DNA of 64,000 bases, taken from assembly GCA_030550715.1 (NCBI GenBank), contig JAUQOU010000006.1, positions 2,436 through 66,435 of the forward strand. Direction: 5' to 3'. Below, piece by piece: positions 10,403 through 20,499 of the stretch (positions are counted from its first letter, which is position 1; the number at the start of each line of letters is the position of its first letter). The notes under the pieces are model-generated. The model saw only the letters and a program-made list of their open reading frames with translations. It ran no database searches and had not been told where the DNA came from. The translations under genes were made by a program, and so were the position numbers. Origin of the DNA: a bacterium. Its GTDB lineage: Bacteria > Calescibacteriota > Calescibacteriia > Calescibacteriales > Calescibacteriaceae.

Positions 10403-11518
10403 TCAACCGAGCAAAAACTCACTCTCTTGAATTCCTCTTGGTCTTGCTCTTGATATACCAGCACAGATTCCAACAAGAAAAGAAATAGATATGTTATGAG
10501 TCCCTGCAAATGAAATAATTGTAAATGGTATTCCGACAACCGGAAACAATCCGGTTATCATCAGAAGGTTTATCACAATGTGGAAGGCGATAATTCCTCC
10601 TGTCAAAGCACAGATAATTCTGCTCAATCTATAATCTGAAAAAGCGGCTTTGAAAAAAAGAGAAAATATAAAACCGAAGACAAATATAAGTGAGATGAAA
10701 ACACCTATAAACCCGAAGTCCTCGGCTATAGATACAAACGCAAGGTCGGAGTGTAGATTTGGGAGCCATTTCCCTTTGCTATGCTCACCCTTCGCAAAAC
10801 CCATTCCCATCAATCCCCCTCCGCTTATAGCTATTTTAGATTGAAGCGTCTGATAACCAGTAGATAAGTATTCACTTTCTGGATTCAAAAATGCCTGAAT
10901 CCTCTTCCTGTGATAATCTTTAAATCCATACTTCCATATAACAGGCAACATAAGGGAAAAAACAACGAAGAACAAAAAAATCAACCTTAAAGATATTCTT
11001 GATAAAAGAAGTGATAAAAGAAAGATTACGAAGAACACAGAGGCAGAACCGACATCTGGTTGAGCTGCTATAAAAAAAGCAGGTAAAATATTCAAGGCAG
11101 CAAGAATAAAGATGAGAACAAATTTTTCCCTACGCAGAGCGATAAAATACGCACTTGATATAGCAGATGCAACCTTCAAAATCTCCGTCGGCTGAAAAGT
11201 TATACCAAAAATCGTAATCCATCTTTTCGCACCGAAAACCTCTAAACCTGCTACCTTAGTGTGAACAGACAAAATAAAAGATGCTATAAAAAGAACAATA
11301 GAAAAAATAAATAAAAAACCTCTGAATCTGAAATTTGATATAATCAATCCAGATACAAAAGAGAATATTGAAAGCCCAAGAGAAAAAATATGTTTGTAAA
11401 AAATATCCAGCTCCTCAAGTTTCTGAGAAATGCTCAACATGTTGATAGCGCTGATTATGACAACGATAAAATAAAGAAGAGAAATCAAAACCTTAAAAAC
11501 CCTGTCAGAAGAAACCAT
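10403..11518 (-). CDS. SEDS-family peptidoglycan glycosyltransferase (FtsW/RodA)
   Basis: 371 aa polytopic membrane protein with typical SEDS blocks (QPTEILK, QPDVGSA, LPNLHSDLAF). Confidence 0.85.
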   Translation of the reverse strand: MVSSDRVFKVLISLLYFIVVIISAINMLSISQKLEELDIFYKHIFSLGLSIFSFVSGLIISNFRFRGFLFIFSIVLFIASFILSVHTKVAGLEVFGAKRWITIFGITFQPTEILKVASAISSAYFIALRREKFVLIFILAALNILPAFFIAAQPDVGSASVFFVIFLLSLLLSRISLRLIFLFFVVFSLMLPVIWKYGFKDYHRKRIQAFLNPESEYLSTGYQTLQSKIAISGGGLMGMGFAKGEHSKGKWLPNLHSDLAFVSIAEDFGFIGVFISLIFVFGFIFSLFFKAAFSDYRLSRIICALTGGIIAFHIVINLLMITGLFPVVGIPFTIISFAGTHNISISFLVGICAGISRARPRGIQESEFLLG

Positions 11519-11536
11519 AACAAAAAAATTAAAAGT

Positions 11537-12373
11537 TTATTTTATGAGTTCAAAAACTGATTTAAAATCTCTTATGAGTTTTTCCGGACTATCACTTCTC
11601 ATCAGTGTTTCTCCGATAAGAAACCTTCTTATACCTTCTTTCGCAATATACATCACATCAGATTTTGTTTTTATTCCGCTTTCCGCAACAACTATCTTAC
11701 CTTCAAGATATTTTCTGAACTTCCTGAAAATCCTGATCGCTCTTTCTATATCAACATCAAGCGAATGAAGATTCCTACTGTTTATTCCGACCAAAAGAGG
11801 AGATACACGAACGACTTTTTCCATACCTTCTTCTGAGAAACACTCAACGAGTGGCTCCATCCCTAAACTTCTTGACAATTTTATAAAATCTTCGAGAACA
11901 TCTTCTTCAAGCGCTTCCGATATAAGAAGGAGAGAATCAGCAGATAGGCGAGCGGTTTCAAAAATCTCTTCTTCAAAAATGATAAAATCCTTCCTCAGAA
12001 CAGGTAAAGAAGTTTCCCTCTTTGCGACAACAAGGTCTTCTAAACTGCCATTAAAGTATCTTTTCTCTGTGAGAACAGAAATAGCATCTGCCCCAGATTT
12101 TTCATAAATTTTAACCTGAAAAGCGCAATCTGAGTTTTTTATCAATCCAGAAGACGGAGAAGACCTTTTAACCTCGGCTATTACCAAAATTCCATCTTTT
12201 TTCAGAGCTTGAACAAAAAGGTTATTCTCAAGCTGAGATTTTCCGAACTCATATATTCTGCGAAAGTCCCCTCTTTCCTTTATTTGAGCTGAACTTCTTT
12301 TCTCACCGATAATTTTCAAAAGAAACGAATTTTCGTAATGTGGCTCCATAAAAGATAGCCCCACGAAATTCAT
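11537..12373 (-). CDS. trpC: Indole-3-glycerol-phosphate synthase
   Basis: [27 protein letters not shown] and ESGI blocks. 4-bp overlap with mnmG. Confidence 0.9.
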   Translation of the reverse strand: MNFVGLSFMEPHYENSFLLKIIGEKRSSAQIKERGDFRRIYEFGKSQLENNLFVQALKKDGILVIAEVKRSSPSSGLIKNSDCAFQVKIYEKSGADAISVLTEKRYFNGSLEDLVVAKRETSLPVLRKDFIIFEEEIFETARLSADSLLLISEALEEDVLEDFIKLSRSLGMEPLVECFSEEGMEKVVRVSPLLVGINSRNLHSLDVDIERAIRIFRKFRKYLEGKIVVAESGIKTKSDVMYIAKEGIRRFLIGETLMRSDSPEKLIRDFKSVFELIK

Positions 12374-14289
12374 CTTGCCGAAAGAGATACGTTTTCTTGC
12401 GTTGATTCTTTGAGATGCTTTATGTATATCTGGAGGTCAAGTATAGCAGAAGGAGTTATTCCCGGAATCATGATAGCTTCACGAAGGTTTTTCGGAGAAT
12501 ATTTTTTTAGCTTCTGCTTAACTTCATTCGATAGCGTAGGTATTGAATCAAAATCAATGTTCTGAGGAATAACCCACTTCTCAAGGTCTCGGAGATACTT
12601 CGCTCTCTCAATTTCCTGATTTATGTATCCCTCATATTTTATAGATATTTCAACTTCTTCTTTAACATCTTCGGGAAAGCTTTCTATTTCAGGAGCGAAG
12701 TAATTGAGTTTATCTATTGTTGCACCGGGACGTTTGAGAATATCTTTCAGAGAAAGGGGCTTTGATAGTTCCCCTTCTATTCCGAGCTCCTTCAACTTCT
12801 CGGCAAACTCTTTTTTTGTAGTGATGATTTTGCTCGAGAGTATATCCATAAGCTTTTCAATGTTCTTTTTCTTTTCCAAAAACTCTTTCCACTCTTCATC
12901 TGATACAAGCCCGAGTTTTCTTCCGAGCTCTCTCAATCTCAAATCTGCATTATCTTCTCTCAAAAGCAATCTGAACTCAGAGCGAGATGTAAACATTCTG
13001 TACGGTTCATCGGTTCCCTTAACCACAAGGTCATCTATCAAAATTCCGATGTAAGCTTTATCACGCGTGATAACAATCATTTCCTCTCCCATAGCTTTCA
13101 GAGCGGCATTTATACCGGCAACTATACCTTGTGCTGCTGCCTCCTCGTATCCTGTTGTTCCGTTTATCTGTCCAGCAAAAAACAGACCTTCTACAAGCTT
13201 CGTTTCAAGAGTGTGGTAAAGCTGAGTTGGATCGCAAGCATCGTATTCAACCGCATAAGCAGGTCTTATAATCTCAGCCTTCTCAAGACCAGGGATAGTT
13301 CTCAAAAATTTCAGTTGAATTTCATAAGGCAAGCTTGAAGAAATTCCAGCGGGATAAATCTCTCGCGTATCGTATCCATCTGGTTCAAGAAAGACGATAT
13401 GCTTATCTCTGCTCGCAAATCTTACAACTTTATCTTCTATTGATGGGCAATATCTAACTCCTACTCCTTTTATGAGTCCCCCGTACATAGCAGATCTTGT
13501 GAGGTTTTCAAGAATTATTCTGTGTGTTTCGGGTGTTGTATGAGTAATATAAACAGGAATGAGTTTTTGTGTTATTTTCTTTGTTGAGAAAGAGAAGCGA
13601 GGAGGGGGATAATCTGATTCCTCTTTTTGTAAAGATGAAAAATCAATGGTTTTTGCATCAAGACGAGGTGGAGTTCCCGTCTTCAACCTCATAAGCTTAA
13701 ATCCTAACTTTTCCAGTGCTTGTGAAAGTCCATAAGATGCCTTTTCCCCCAATCTTCCACCTTCAAGGGAATCATGTCCTATGAAAATCTTTCCACCAAG
13801 AAATGTTCCTGTTGATACCACAACACATTTTGCGAGAAAGACAATTCCGAGGTCTATTTTTACTCCTTTGACTTTTTTTCTTCCGTTTTTTTCCTCTACC
13901 CATATATCTATCACATTTCCCATTTTTATTTCAAGGTTTGGAGTATTCCAGAGAGTTTTTTGCATTTCCTGTCTGTAAAGAGCTCTATCGCATTGAGCCC
14001 GCGTTCCTCTTACCGCTGGACCCTTTGAGGTGTTAAGACGCTTGAAGTGTATTCCCGTTTTATCTGTATTTTTCGCCATCTCACCCCCAAGAGCGTCTAT
14101 CTCTCTTACGAGATGCCCCTTCCCTATTCCACCTATTGAAGGATTGCAAGACATTTGAGCTATTTTATCTATGTCGCCGGAGATAAGTAGAGTTTTACAG
14201 CCCATTCGTGCGCTCGCCAAAGCTGCCTCACAACCCGCGTGTCCCCCACCTACAACTATAACATCATACTCTCTGTCGTAAACAAGCAT
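12370..14289 (-). CDS. mnmG: tRNA uridine-5-carboxymethylaminomethyl modification enzyme
   Basis: 639 aa. N-terminal FAD motif [16 protein letters not shown]. Full-length GidA-like blocks ([16 protein letters not shown]). Confidence 0.95.
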   Translation of the reverse strand: MLVYDREYDVIVVGGGHAGCEAALASARMGCKTLLISGDIDKIAQMSCNPSIGGIGKGHLVREIDALGGEMAKNTDKTGIHFKRLNTSKGPAVRGTRAQCDRALYRQEMQKTLWNTPNLEIKMGNVIDIWVEEKNGRKKVKGVKIDLGIVFLAKCVVVSTGTFLGGKIFIGHDSLEGGRLGEKASYGLSQALEKLGFKLMRLKTGTPPRLDAKTIDFSSLQKEESDYPPPRFSFSTKKITQKLIPVYITHTTPETHRIILENLTRSAMYGGLIKGVGVRYCPSIEDKVVRFASRDKHIVFLEPDGYDTREIYPAGISSSLPYEIQLKFLRTIPGLEKAEIIRPAYAVEYDACDPTQLYHTLETKLVEGLFFAGQINGTTGYEEAAAQGIVAGINAALKAMGEEMIVITRDKAYIGILIDDLVVKGTDEPYRMFTSRSEFRLLLREDNADLRLRELGRKLGLVSDEEWKEFLEKKKNIEKLMDILSSKIITTKKEFAEKLKELGIEGELSKPLSLKDILKRPGATIDKLNYFAPEIESFPEDVKEEVEISIKYEGYINQEIERAKYLRDLEKWVIPQNIDFDSIPTLSNEVKQKLKKYSPKNLREAIMIPGITPSAILDLQIYIKHLKESTQENVSLSAR

Positions 14290-14475
14290 ACCTTGTCCCG
14301 AAAAAAATAGTCAAATCTAAATATTTTAAGCGAACAGCAACCTTGCAGATGAATTTTCTGATTTTGTAATTTTGCACAAGGAATTTTCAGATGAAAGCTT
14401 ATAAAATCGTTCGCAACCTTTTTGAAAATTATTAAAATTTATCTTAAATTTAAAGGCAGGAGGAGGGAAACTAAA

Positions 14476-15015
14476 ATGGAAAGAAAAAAGGCACAGACCA
14501 AAAAATCAAAACCAGCTAAAAAGAACCACATAGAAGAAAAAAAGGCAAAACTAAAAAAAACATATAAATTTGTAGGGGTAAAATCAGCAGTAGAGTTCAT
14601 AAAAAAGGAGTTCAAACTCCCGTTCAGCACAAAAGGTATAGAGAACCAAATAATAAGGAAGAAAATCGGAAAAATCTTGAAACTAAACGGAAGGAAGATA
14701 AGAGTTTTTTCCTCGCCAGATGTTGAAAAACTCAAAAAGCTTTACAGCTCGTATGTGGTTGGAGAGAAACTCAGAAAGATATATCCTGCAATAGGCATAA
14801 GAGAGCTTTCTCAGTATCTCAAAAAATTCAAGCTGAACTACTCTGTAAAGAACCTTGAAGCACTTTTGAGCCGACTCGCAAAGAAAAACATAATCAAGAA
14901 AAAATACGAAAAAATCATGGGAAAAAGAACTCTTATCTTCTCAAAAGATACCATTAGAAAAATCGTCAGCTATCTATCAAAGAAAGCGAAACCAAAAACA
15001 AACAGGAAAAAATGA
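14476..15015 (+). CDS. Lysine-rich basic protein with an internal ~60-aa duplication (possible DNA-binding / nucleoid-associated)
   Basis: The ATG at 14476 follows GGAGGAGGG. The ORF-track TTG start at 14422 is less likely. K-rich tails at both ends, with two similar modules between them. Confidence 0.6.
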   Translation: MERKKAQTKKSKPAKKNHIEEKKAKLKKTYKFVGVKSAVEFIKKEFKLPFSTKGIENQIIRKKIGKILKLNGRKIRVFSSPDVEKLKKLYSSYVVGEKLRKIYPAIGIRELSQYLKKFKLNYSVKNLEALLSRLAKKNIIKKKYEKIMGKRTLIFSKDTIRKIVSYLSKKAKPKTNRKK

Positions 15016-15102
15016 AATGGCAAAGTCAAAGCAGAACCAAAAGAATCAAGAAATCTCAAAAATCTGAAAATATTTCACAGAAAGGAAAAATTTATTTTTC
15101 AT

Positions 15103-16836
15103 ATGTATGTAAAAGTAGCTTTATGTCAGATCAACTCAACAGTAGGAGATATTGAGGGGAATGCAGAAAAGATAAAAAGATTTACAGAAATAGCAAAACA
15201 AAAAGGGGCAAAGATTATATGCTTCCCAGAAATGGCTCTGTGTGGATACCCCCCGGAAGACCTTGTGTTCAATCCCAAATTCATTCAAGAACAAAAAAGA
15301 ATAATAGAAGAGGAGTTAGTAGGTTTATCTCGTGATGCTGTACTGATTTTTGGATTTGTAGATGCAGATGAAGACCTTTTCAACAGCGCTGCAATATTAT
15401 GCAACGGAAAATTCTACTCCTACAGAAAAATTCATCTCCCAAACTACGGAGTGTTTGATGAGATGAGATACTTTGCTCCGGGAAAAGAAAAGCTCATACT
15501 TGAAACAAAAGATAAAGTCAAGATAGGGATAACAATTTGTGAAGATATATGGCATCCAACAGAGCCACTTTTGGGAATAGCAGTTGGAGGTAATGCCGAA
15601 ATTATCGTTAATATATCTGCTTCACCCTATCACATATCAAAGCCGAAAATCAGAGAAGATATGATGATAACGCGTGCGCAAGATTACGGTGTATATATTC
15701 TCTTTTGCAATCTCGTGGGCGGACAGGACGAACTCGTTTTTGATGGCTCATCTTCTATAATCTCTCCATACGGTGATGTCGTTTCCCGCGCTCCTTTATT
15801 TGAAGAACACATAATAATAAAAAGCATTAATCTATCTGAGATCTACTCAAAAAGAGTTCATGATACAAGACGGAGAAGCGAAAAACCATCTGATTTCAAA
15901 AAAATCCAGCTTGATATAGAAGTCAAAAGTGAAAAAACAGATAAAGATGACGAAGTAAATTTTGAATTCCCATCGTGGGAAGAAGAAGTTCTCAAAGCCC
16001 TTATTACGGGAACAAGAGATTATATAAAAAAGAACGGATTCTCAAAAGCCATAGTAGCTCTATCTGGTGGAATTGACTCTTCGCTCTGCGCTTGCATAAC
16101 ATCAGAAGCAATAGGAAGCGAAAATGTTCTCGGAATAAGTATGCCGTCTCAGTTCTCATCGCAACACTCGGTAGAAGACGCCGAAATACTCGCTAAAAAT
16201 CTCGGAATAAAATTCATCAAAATACCAATAAAAAATATCTTTGACGCATTTATGAAGGAACTCTCTGAACTTTTTGCGGGAACACCATTTTCAACCGCAG
16301 AAGAAAACCTCCAAGCCAGAATAAGAGGAAACATAGCTATGACCATATCAAACAAATTCGGGCATATTTTAATATCTTGCGGGAACAAAAGCGAACTGAG
16401 CGTTGGATACTCAACACTATACGGAGACCTCGCAGGAGGATTTGCAATAATAAAAGACATATACAAAACAGATGTCTATAAAATCTCCGAGTTTTACAAC
16501 AAAATGAAAGGTAGAGAAATCATACCAAGGAGGGTTTTTGAGAAACCTCCTTCTGCTGAACTACGACCAAATCAAAAAGATGAAGATGACCTCCCGCCAT
16601 ATAAAATCTTAGATTCTGTTCTAAAACTCTACATAGAAAAAGATATTCCCCCGGATGTAATTCACAAAATAACAGGAGTAGATAAAGAGACGATAAAGAG
16701 GATAATTGAGATGGTTGAAAAAGCTGAATACAAAAGGAGGCAATCGCCACCGGGAATCAAGATAACCTCGCGCGCTTTCGGAAAAGATAGGAGAATGCCT
16801 ATAACAAAAAAAATAAACCCCATACTAAAATTCTGA
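15103..16836 (+). CDS. nadE: Glutamine-dependent NAD+ synthetase
   Basis: 577 aa. N-terminal CN-hydrolase domain (CFPEMALCGYPPED, ICEDIW) plus NAD synthetase domain (ALSGGIDSS). Confidence 0.95.
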   Translation: MYVKVALCQINSTVGDIEGNAEKIKRFTEIAKQKGAKIICFPEMALCGYPPEDLVFNPKFIQEQKRIIEEELVGLSRDAVLIFGFVDADEDLFNSAAILCNGKFYSYRKIHLPNYGVFDEMRYFAPGKEKLILETKDKVKIGITICEDIWHPTEPLLGIAVGGNAEIIVNISASPYHISKPKIREDMMITRAQDYGVYILFCNLVGGQDELVFDGSSSIISPYGDVVSRAPLFEEHIIIKSINLSEIYSKRVHDTRRRSEKPSDFKKIQLDIEVKSEKTDKDDEVNFEFPSWEEEVLKALITGTRDYIKKNGFSKAIVALSGGIDSSLCACITSEAIGSENVLGISMPSQFSSQHSVEDAEILAKNLGIKFIKIPIKNIFDAFMKELSELFAGTPFSTAEENLQARIRGNIAMTISNKFGHILISCGNKSELSVGYSTLYGDLAGGFAIIKDIYKTDVYKISEFYNKMKGREIIPRRVFEKPPSAELRPNQKDEDDLPPYKILDSVLKLYIEKDIPPDVIHKITGVDKETIKRIIEMVEKAEYKRRQSPPGIKITSRAFGKDRRMPITKKINPILKF

Positions 16837-16920
16837 AAATTAAAAATTAAAAAAATCGTTGAAACTTAACATAAATAAAATAAATTTTATTAAATTAAAA
16901 AGCAAAAGGAGGGAAGATAA

Positions 16921-18057
16921 ATGAAAAGTTTTATTTACCTTACATTTATCTGCAGTTCTGTGGCAGTAATGTATCTGGCTTTAAATAAATGCGCGAGCAA
17001 AGAAGGAAGCAAATCAAGCGATAGCAGTATCCAACCCATAACTACTACGAACTTTACAAGTCCCGAAGATGCTTCAAAAAAGCTATCGGGCACTGCCAAT
17101 TCTATCTTGACCGCAAGGATACTAACCGCAAGAATGGGGACAACAGACGGAGGGACAAATACTGGTAGTGGAATGAGCGGAGCTCCTCTCGCACATGAAA
17201 TTCTACTATCACCCCACCTAAAAAAATATACAAAAAGATTAAACCTAAAACATTCGGACGAAGGGAATACTTGTGAGATACCAACAAAATGCGACGAAAC
17301 AGAACTTCTCCCCGAATGCGAGAGCGGGACTGCAAAACTTGAAAGTTGTAAAATAGAAACCAATAAAATCACATATACTATTTCTACAAATAGCTGCAAA
17401 GAATCAGAACCTGATGACCCAAACACATATTTCATATACTCTGGTAGAGGAACTTTTACACAAGAATGCAAAGAATACAGCTTTGCAGGAACCTCTACCC
17501 TACTTTCCCAATTTTCTGTTGCTCTTGAAAACGTAAAAATAGATATATACCAGCAGAATCAGAAAATATACGAATACGAATTCTCCCCTAACTTCTCCAT
17601 TTCTTTAAATTCCTCAGTTGAATATAAAAACAACATCCTTTCCGTTATCATCAATATTGTATCATCAGGAAGTGCAAGAGAGAAAGATGTGAAAGGTAAT
17701 ATTGAACAAAGATCAAATTTTGATAACTTTAAAATTTCCCTTTCTCTTGAATATCAAGAAGGAACTACAGAACCGGGATTTTCAATTTCTCTTTCCGGCA
17801 AGTACTCATACAACACATCTACTCAATGGTGCGGTGACGGTGGATTTGAAGTATCAACAATTGAGCCGTTGAAATTTACTGATGCAAGATGTCCGAATCA
17901 AGGAAAACTCAAATTAAATAATGCTGAAATAAGATTTGAGGGTAATAATATAAAAATCTCTGTTGATGGTAAAGAAGAGAGTTTGAAATGCGAGGAGTTT
18001 TTAAACTCCTGCCCATATCCCTTAAAAGGAGCTTTTAACGCAGTACCAGGAACTTGA
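16921..18057 (+). CDS. Cys-rich exported protein, unknown function (tandem paralog 1)
   Basis: 378 aa. SD AAGGAGGG upstream. Signal peptide ending LALNKC (atypical lipobox with K at -1). S/T-rich linker, a cluster of 8 or more Cys, and a C-terminal motif WCGDGGFEVSTIEPLKF...CPYPLKG shared with 18135..19254. Confidence 0.8.
   Translation: MKSFIYLTFICSSVAVMYLALNKCASKEGSKSSDSSIQPITTTNFTSPEDASKKLSGTANSILTARILTARMGTTDGGTNTGSGMSGAPLAHEILLSPHLKKYTKRLNLKHSDEGNTCEIPTKCDETELLPECESGTAKLESCKIETNKITYTISTNSCKESEPDDPNTYFIYSGRGTFTQECKEYSFAGTSTLLSQFSVALENVKIDIYQQNQKIYEYEFSPNFSISLNSSVEYKNNILSVIINIVSSGSAREKDVKGNIEQRSNFDNFKISLSLEYQEGTTEPGFSISLSGKYSYNTSTQWCGDGGFEVSTIEPLKFTDARCPNQGKLKLNNAEIRFEGNNIKISVDGKEESLKCEEFLNSCPYPLKGAFNAVPGT
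17825..17876 (+). repeat. 52-bp exact repeat, copy 1 (identical to 19005..19056)
   Basis: AATGGTGCGGTGACGGTGGATTTGAAGTATCAACAATTGAGCCGTTGAAATT, compared base by base. The flanks of the two paralogs are strongly diverged. Confidence 0.95.
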
Positions 18058-18134
18058 AGAGCAAAAACTTTCTCTTTTATTTTATTTTTCAAAAAATAAA
18101 AAGATATTAAACTTAAAACTGTGAGGATATATAA

Positions 18135-19254
18135 ATGATTACAAAAAGGTTAGCTTGCGTATTAACAGCGGTTCTCTGCTGATAATAACAGTAGTATCTT
18201 TATCAAAATGTTCAGGAAAAAGTGGTAGTTCTTCTGATGGTTCTGATACTCAGCAAATAGTAGTTACGAATTTCAAGAGCCCTGATGGCGCCATCTCGAA
18301 AATATCTGGTTCCGCAAACTCTATTTTAAACGCAAGAATACTAACAGCAAGAACTAGTCCTTCGGAAGGTAGCACAGGTGGAACTATGTCTGCACCTCAA
18401 CTTATAGATATAATTTCAAAAATACCCTATACAAAAAACTTTCTCTGACAAAAAGATTGTTCGCAAAGCATGATGTTGATTTTCTGCATTGCGAAATTCC
18501 ATCGTGTGAGGGTCCTGAGTGCGAGAGCGGTAACGCAGAACTTGATTGCAATGTGCGAGCTAATAAAATTACGGTTATCGTCTCAGTAAATAACTGCAAA
18601 GTTAGAGATGAAAATATGGTTATTTCCGGTAGAATAACTTTCGTTGGAGAATGCAAGGAATACAACATACCAGGAACTTCCGTTTTACTTCCTCACATTT
18701 CTGTCACATTTGAAAACACAAAAATAGAAATATACCAAGAAAACCAAAAGATACATGAATATGAATTCTCTCCTAAACTCTCTATATCTTCTACTATGTC
18801 AGCTTCTTCTCAAAATGATACGATAAATTTTTCCTCTTCCCTTAATCTATCGGGAGATTCAAGAGAAAAAGATTTTAAACAGAATATTGAGCAGAAAGTA
18901 AAGATAGATAACTTTATTGGTACTTTTAACTCCTCTCTTAATGAAAACACGGCTGAATTTTCTTTCTCATTTTCAGGTAGATACTCAGTAAGAACAAGTC
19001 CCGAATGGTGCGGTGACGGTGGATTTGAAGTATCAACAATTGAGCCGTTGAAATTCTCTTCTGAACAGGGAAACGACGTTATATTATGTCCAACACAAGG
19101 AAAGCTTAAAATAAATAACTCCGAGTTAAGTTTTGTTGGAAATAACGTGAAAATCTCGGTAGATGGTCAGGAAAAAACTTTAAATTGCAGTGAATTTTTA
19201 AACTCTTGCCCATACCCGCTAAAAGGTCCTCTACAAGCCATAAGTGAAGAATAA
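18135..19254 (+). pseudogene. Frame-disrupted tandem paralog 2 of the Cys-rich exported protein
   Basis: The ATG at 18135 (SD GAGGA) gives MITKRLACVLTAVLC and then TGA at 18180. Homology continues in frame 2 (18155..18448) and then frame 1 (18457..19254). It aligns along the whole length of 16921..18057. Confidence 0.7.
19005..19056 (+). repeat. 52-bp exact repeat, copy 2
   Basis: Identical to 17825..17876. Confidence 0.95.
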
Positions 19255-19272
19255 TCAAAACTGATAGATGTT

Positions 19273-20400
19273 CTATGATATTCTTGGCTTTTTGTAGTAT
19301 CCCATACCTTCTTCTACCACGAGCGATTTTATTTCAAGAGATATTAAAGTTGAGAGTACAAGAGACGGGTCAAGATTTGTTTTCTTGATTATCTCATCTA
19401 TATGCAAAGATGTTTCAGAGTCAAGAACAGATAAAATTTTCTCTTCTTCTTCCGAAAGGTCTGGTCTTTTTATCTCAACAAAAGGTGTAATGAGTCCAAA
19501 TGTTTCTCTAACCTCTTTACGAGGAAGGTCAGGTATAATGCGAGATATTATGTCATCAGGTGTTTCTGCAAGGAAAGCACCATCTTTTATAAGCTTATTT
19601 GTTCCCTGAGATTTTTTTGATGTTATGTTTCCCGGGACTGCGAAGACATCTCTTCCGTAATCCACAGCAAGGTAAGCGGTTATCAGTGCGCCCGATTTTT
19701 CAGGTGCTTCTGTAACTAAAACCGCCTTTGAGAGTCCAGCGATTATTCTGTTTCTTCTCGGGAAATTTTCTGGAGCAGAAACTACACCGGGCGGAAACTC
19801 AGATATTATCGCTCCACCCCTATCAAGTATAAGTTTTGCAAGAGATATATTGGAAGCTGGATATATGTTCTCAATAGATGAACCTAAAACAGCCCATGTC
19901 TTTCCACCGCTTTCAACGGCTGACTTATGAGCAAAAGTATCAATACCAACTGCGAGCCCGGAAACGATACATATCCCCATCATAGAAAGAGTCGATGAGA
20001 AAATTTTTGTGACTTCAACTCCATAAGAAGATGGTTTTCTTGTGCCAACGACTCCCACGCAGAGCATAGATTTACTCATCTCTCCCTTATAAAAGATACA
20101 CAGAGGCGGATCTGGGATTTTTCTCAAAAGCTCAGGATACCTATCTTCTTCCTCATAGCATACTATGCTTTGACCTAATTTGGCAGAAAGTTTCAGCTCA
20201 TCTTCAACCTCTTTCCACCTACTAAATTTTTTTATGTTTTCTGCAACGAATTTTCCTGCAACCTGCTCAATTTTCACCTTGTCAGCAGAAAAAACATTTT
20301 TTGCCGAACCGAAAAAATCTATCAACCTTTTGCCTATTATCGAGCCAACTCCCCTTACTTTTGTCAAAGCCAGAGAATAAAAAGCTGACTCCCCAAACAT
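19273..20400 (-). CDS. dprA: DNA processing protein A (Smf)
   Basis: 375 aa. Rossmann-like DprA core (VVGTRKPSSYG, GLAVGIDTFAHKSA, RNRIIAGLS) plus a C-terminal winged-helix-like tail. Confidence 0.9.
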   Translation of the reverse strand: MFGESAFYSLALTKVRGVGSIIGKRLIDFFGSAKNVFSADKVKIEQVAGKFVAENIKKFSRWKEVEDELKLSAKLGQSIVCYEEEDRYPELLRKIPDPPLCIFYKGEMSKSMLCVGVVGTRKPSSYGVEVTKIFSSTLSMMGICIVSGLAVGIDTFAHKSAVESGGKTWAVLGSSIENIYPASNISLAKLILDRGGAIISEFPPGVVSAPENFPRRNRIIAGLSKAVLVTEAPEKSGALITAYLAVDYGRDVFAVPGNITSKKSQGTNKLIKDGAFLAETPDDIISRIIPDLPRKEVRETFGLITPFVEIKRPDLSEEEEKILSVLDSETSLHIDEIIKKTNLDPSLVLSTLISLEIKSLVVEEGMGYYKKPRIS

Positions 20401-20499
20401 ATCCTACTATAAAAAATTATAAAATAAAGGAGAGAAATCTTAAAGAAAATCAAACTGAACAAAGCAAAAATCCCAAAAAAATAAGTAAAAAAATATTGA

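Noticed and set aside
14290-14475. Possible oriC next to mnmG (gidA)
   Set aside because: I found only one relaxed DnaA-box-like 9-mer (TTTTGCACA, around 14380). There is no cluster of boxes, no dnaA or dnaN nearby, and the region is only 186 bp.
15017-15067. 16-codon ORF (MAKSKQNQKNQEISKI) between the basic protein gene and nadE
   Set aside because: There is no SD, the sequence is low-complexity, and it is too short to support without conservation data.
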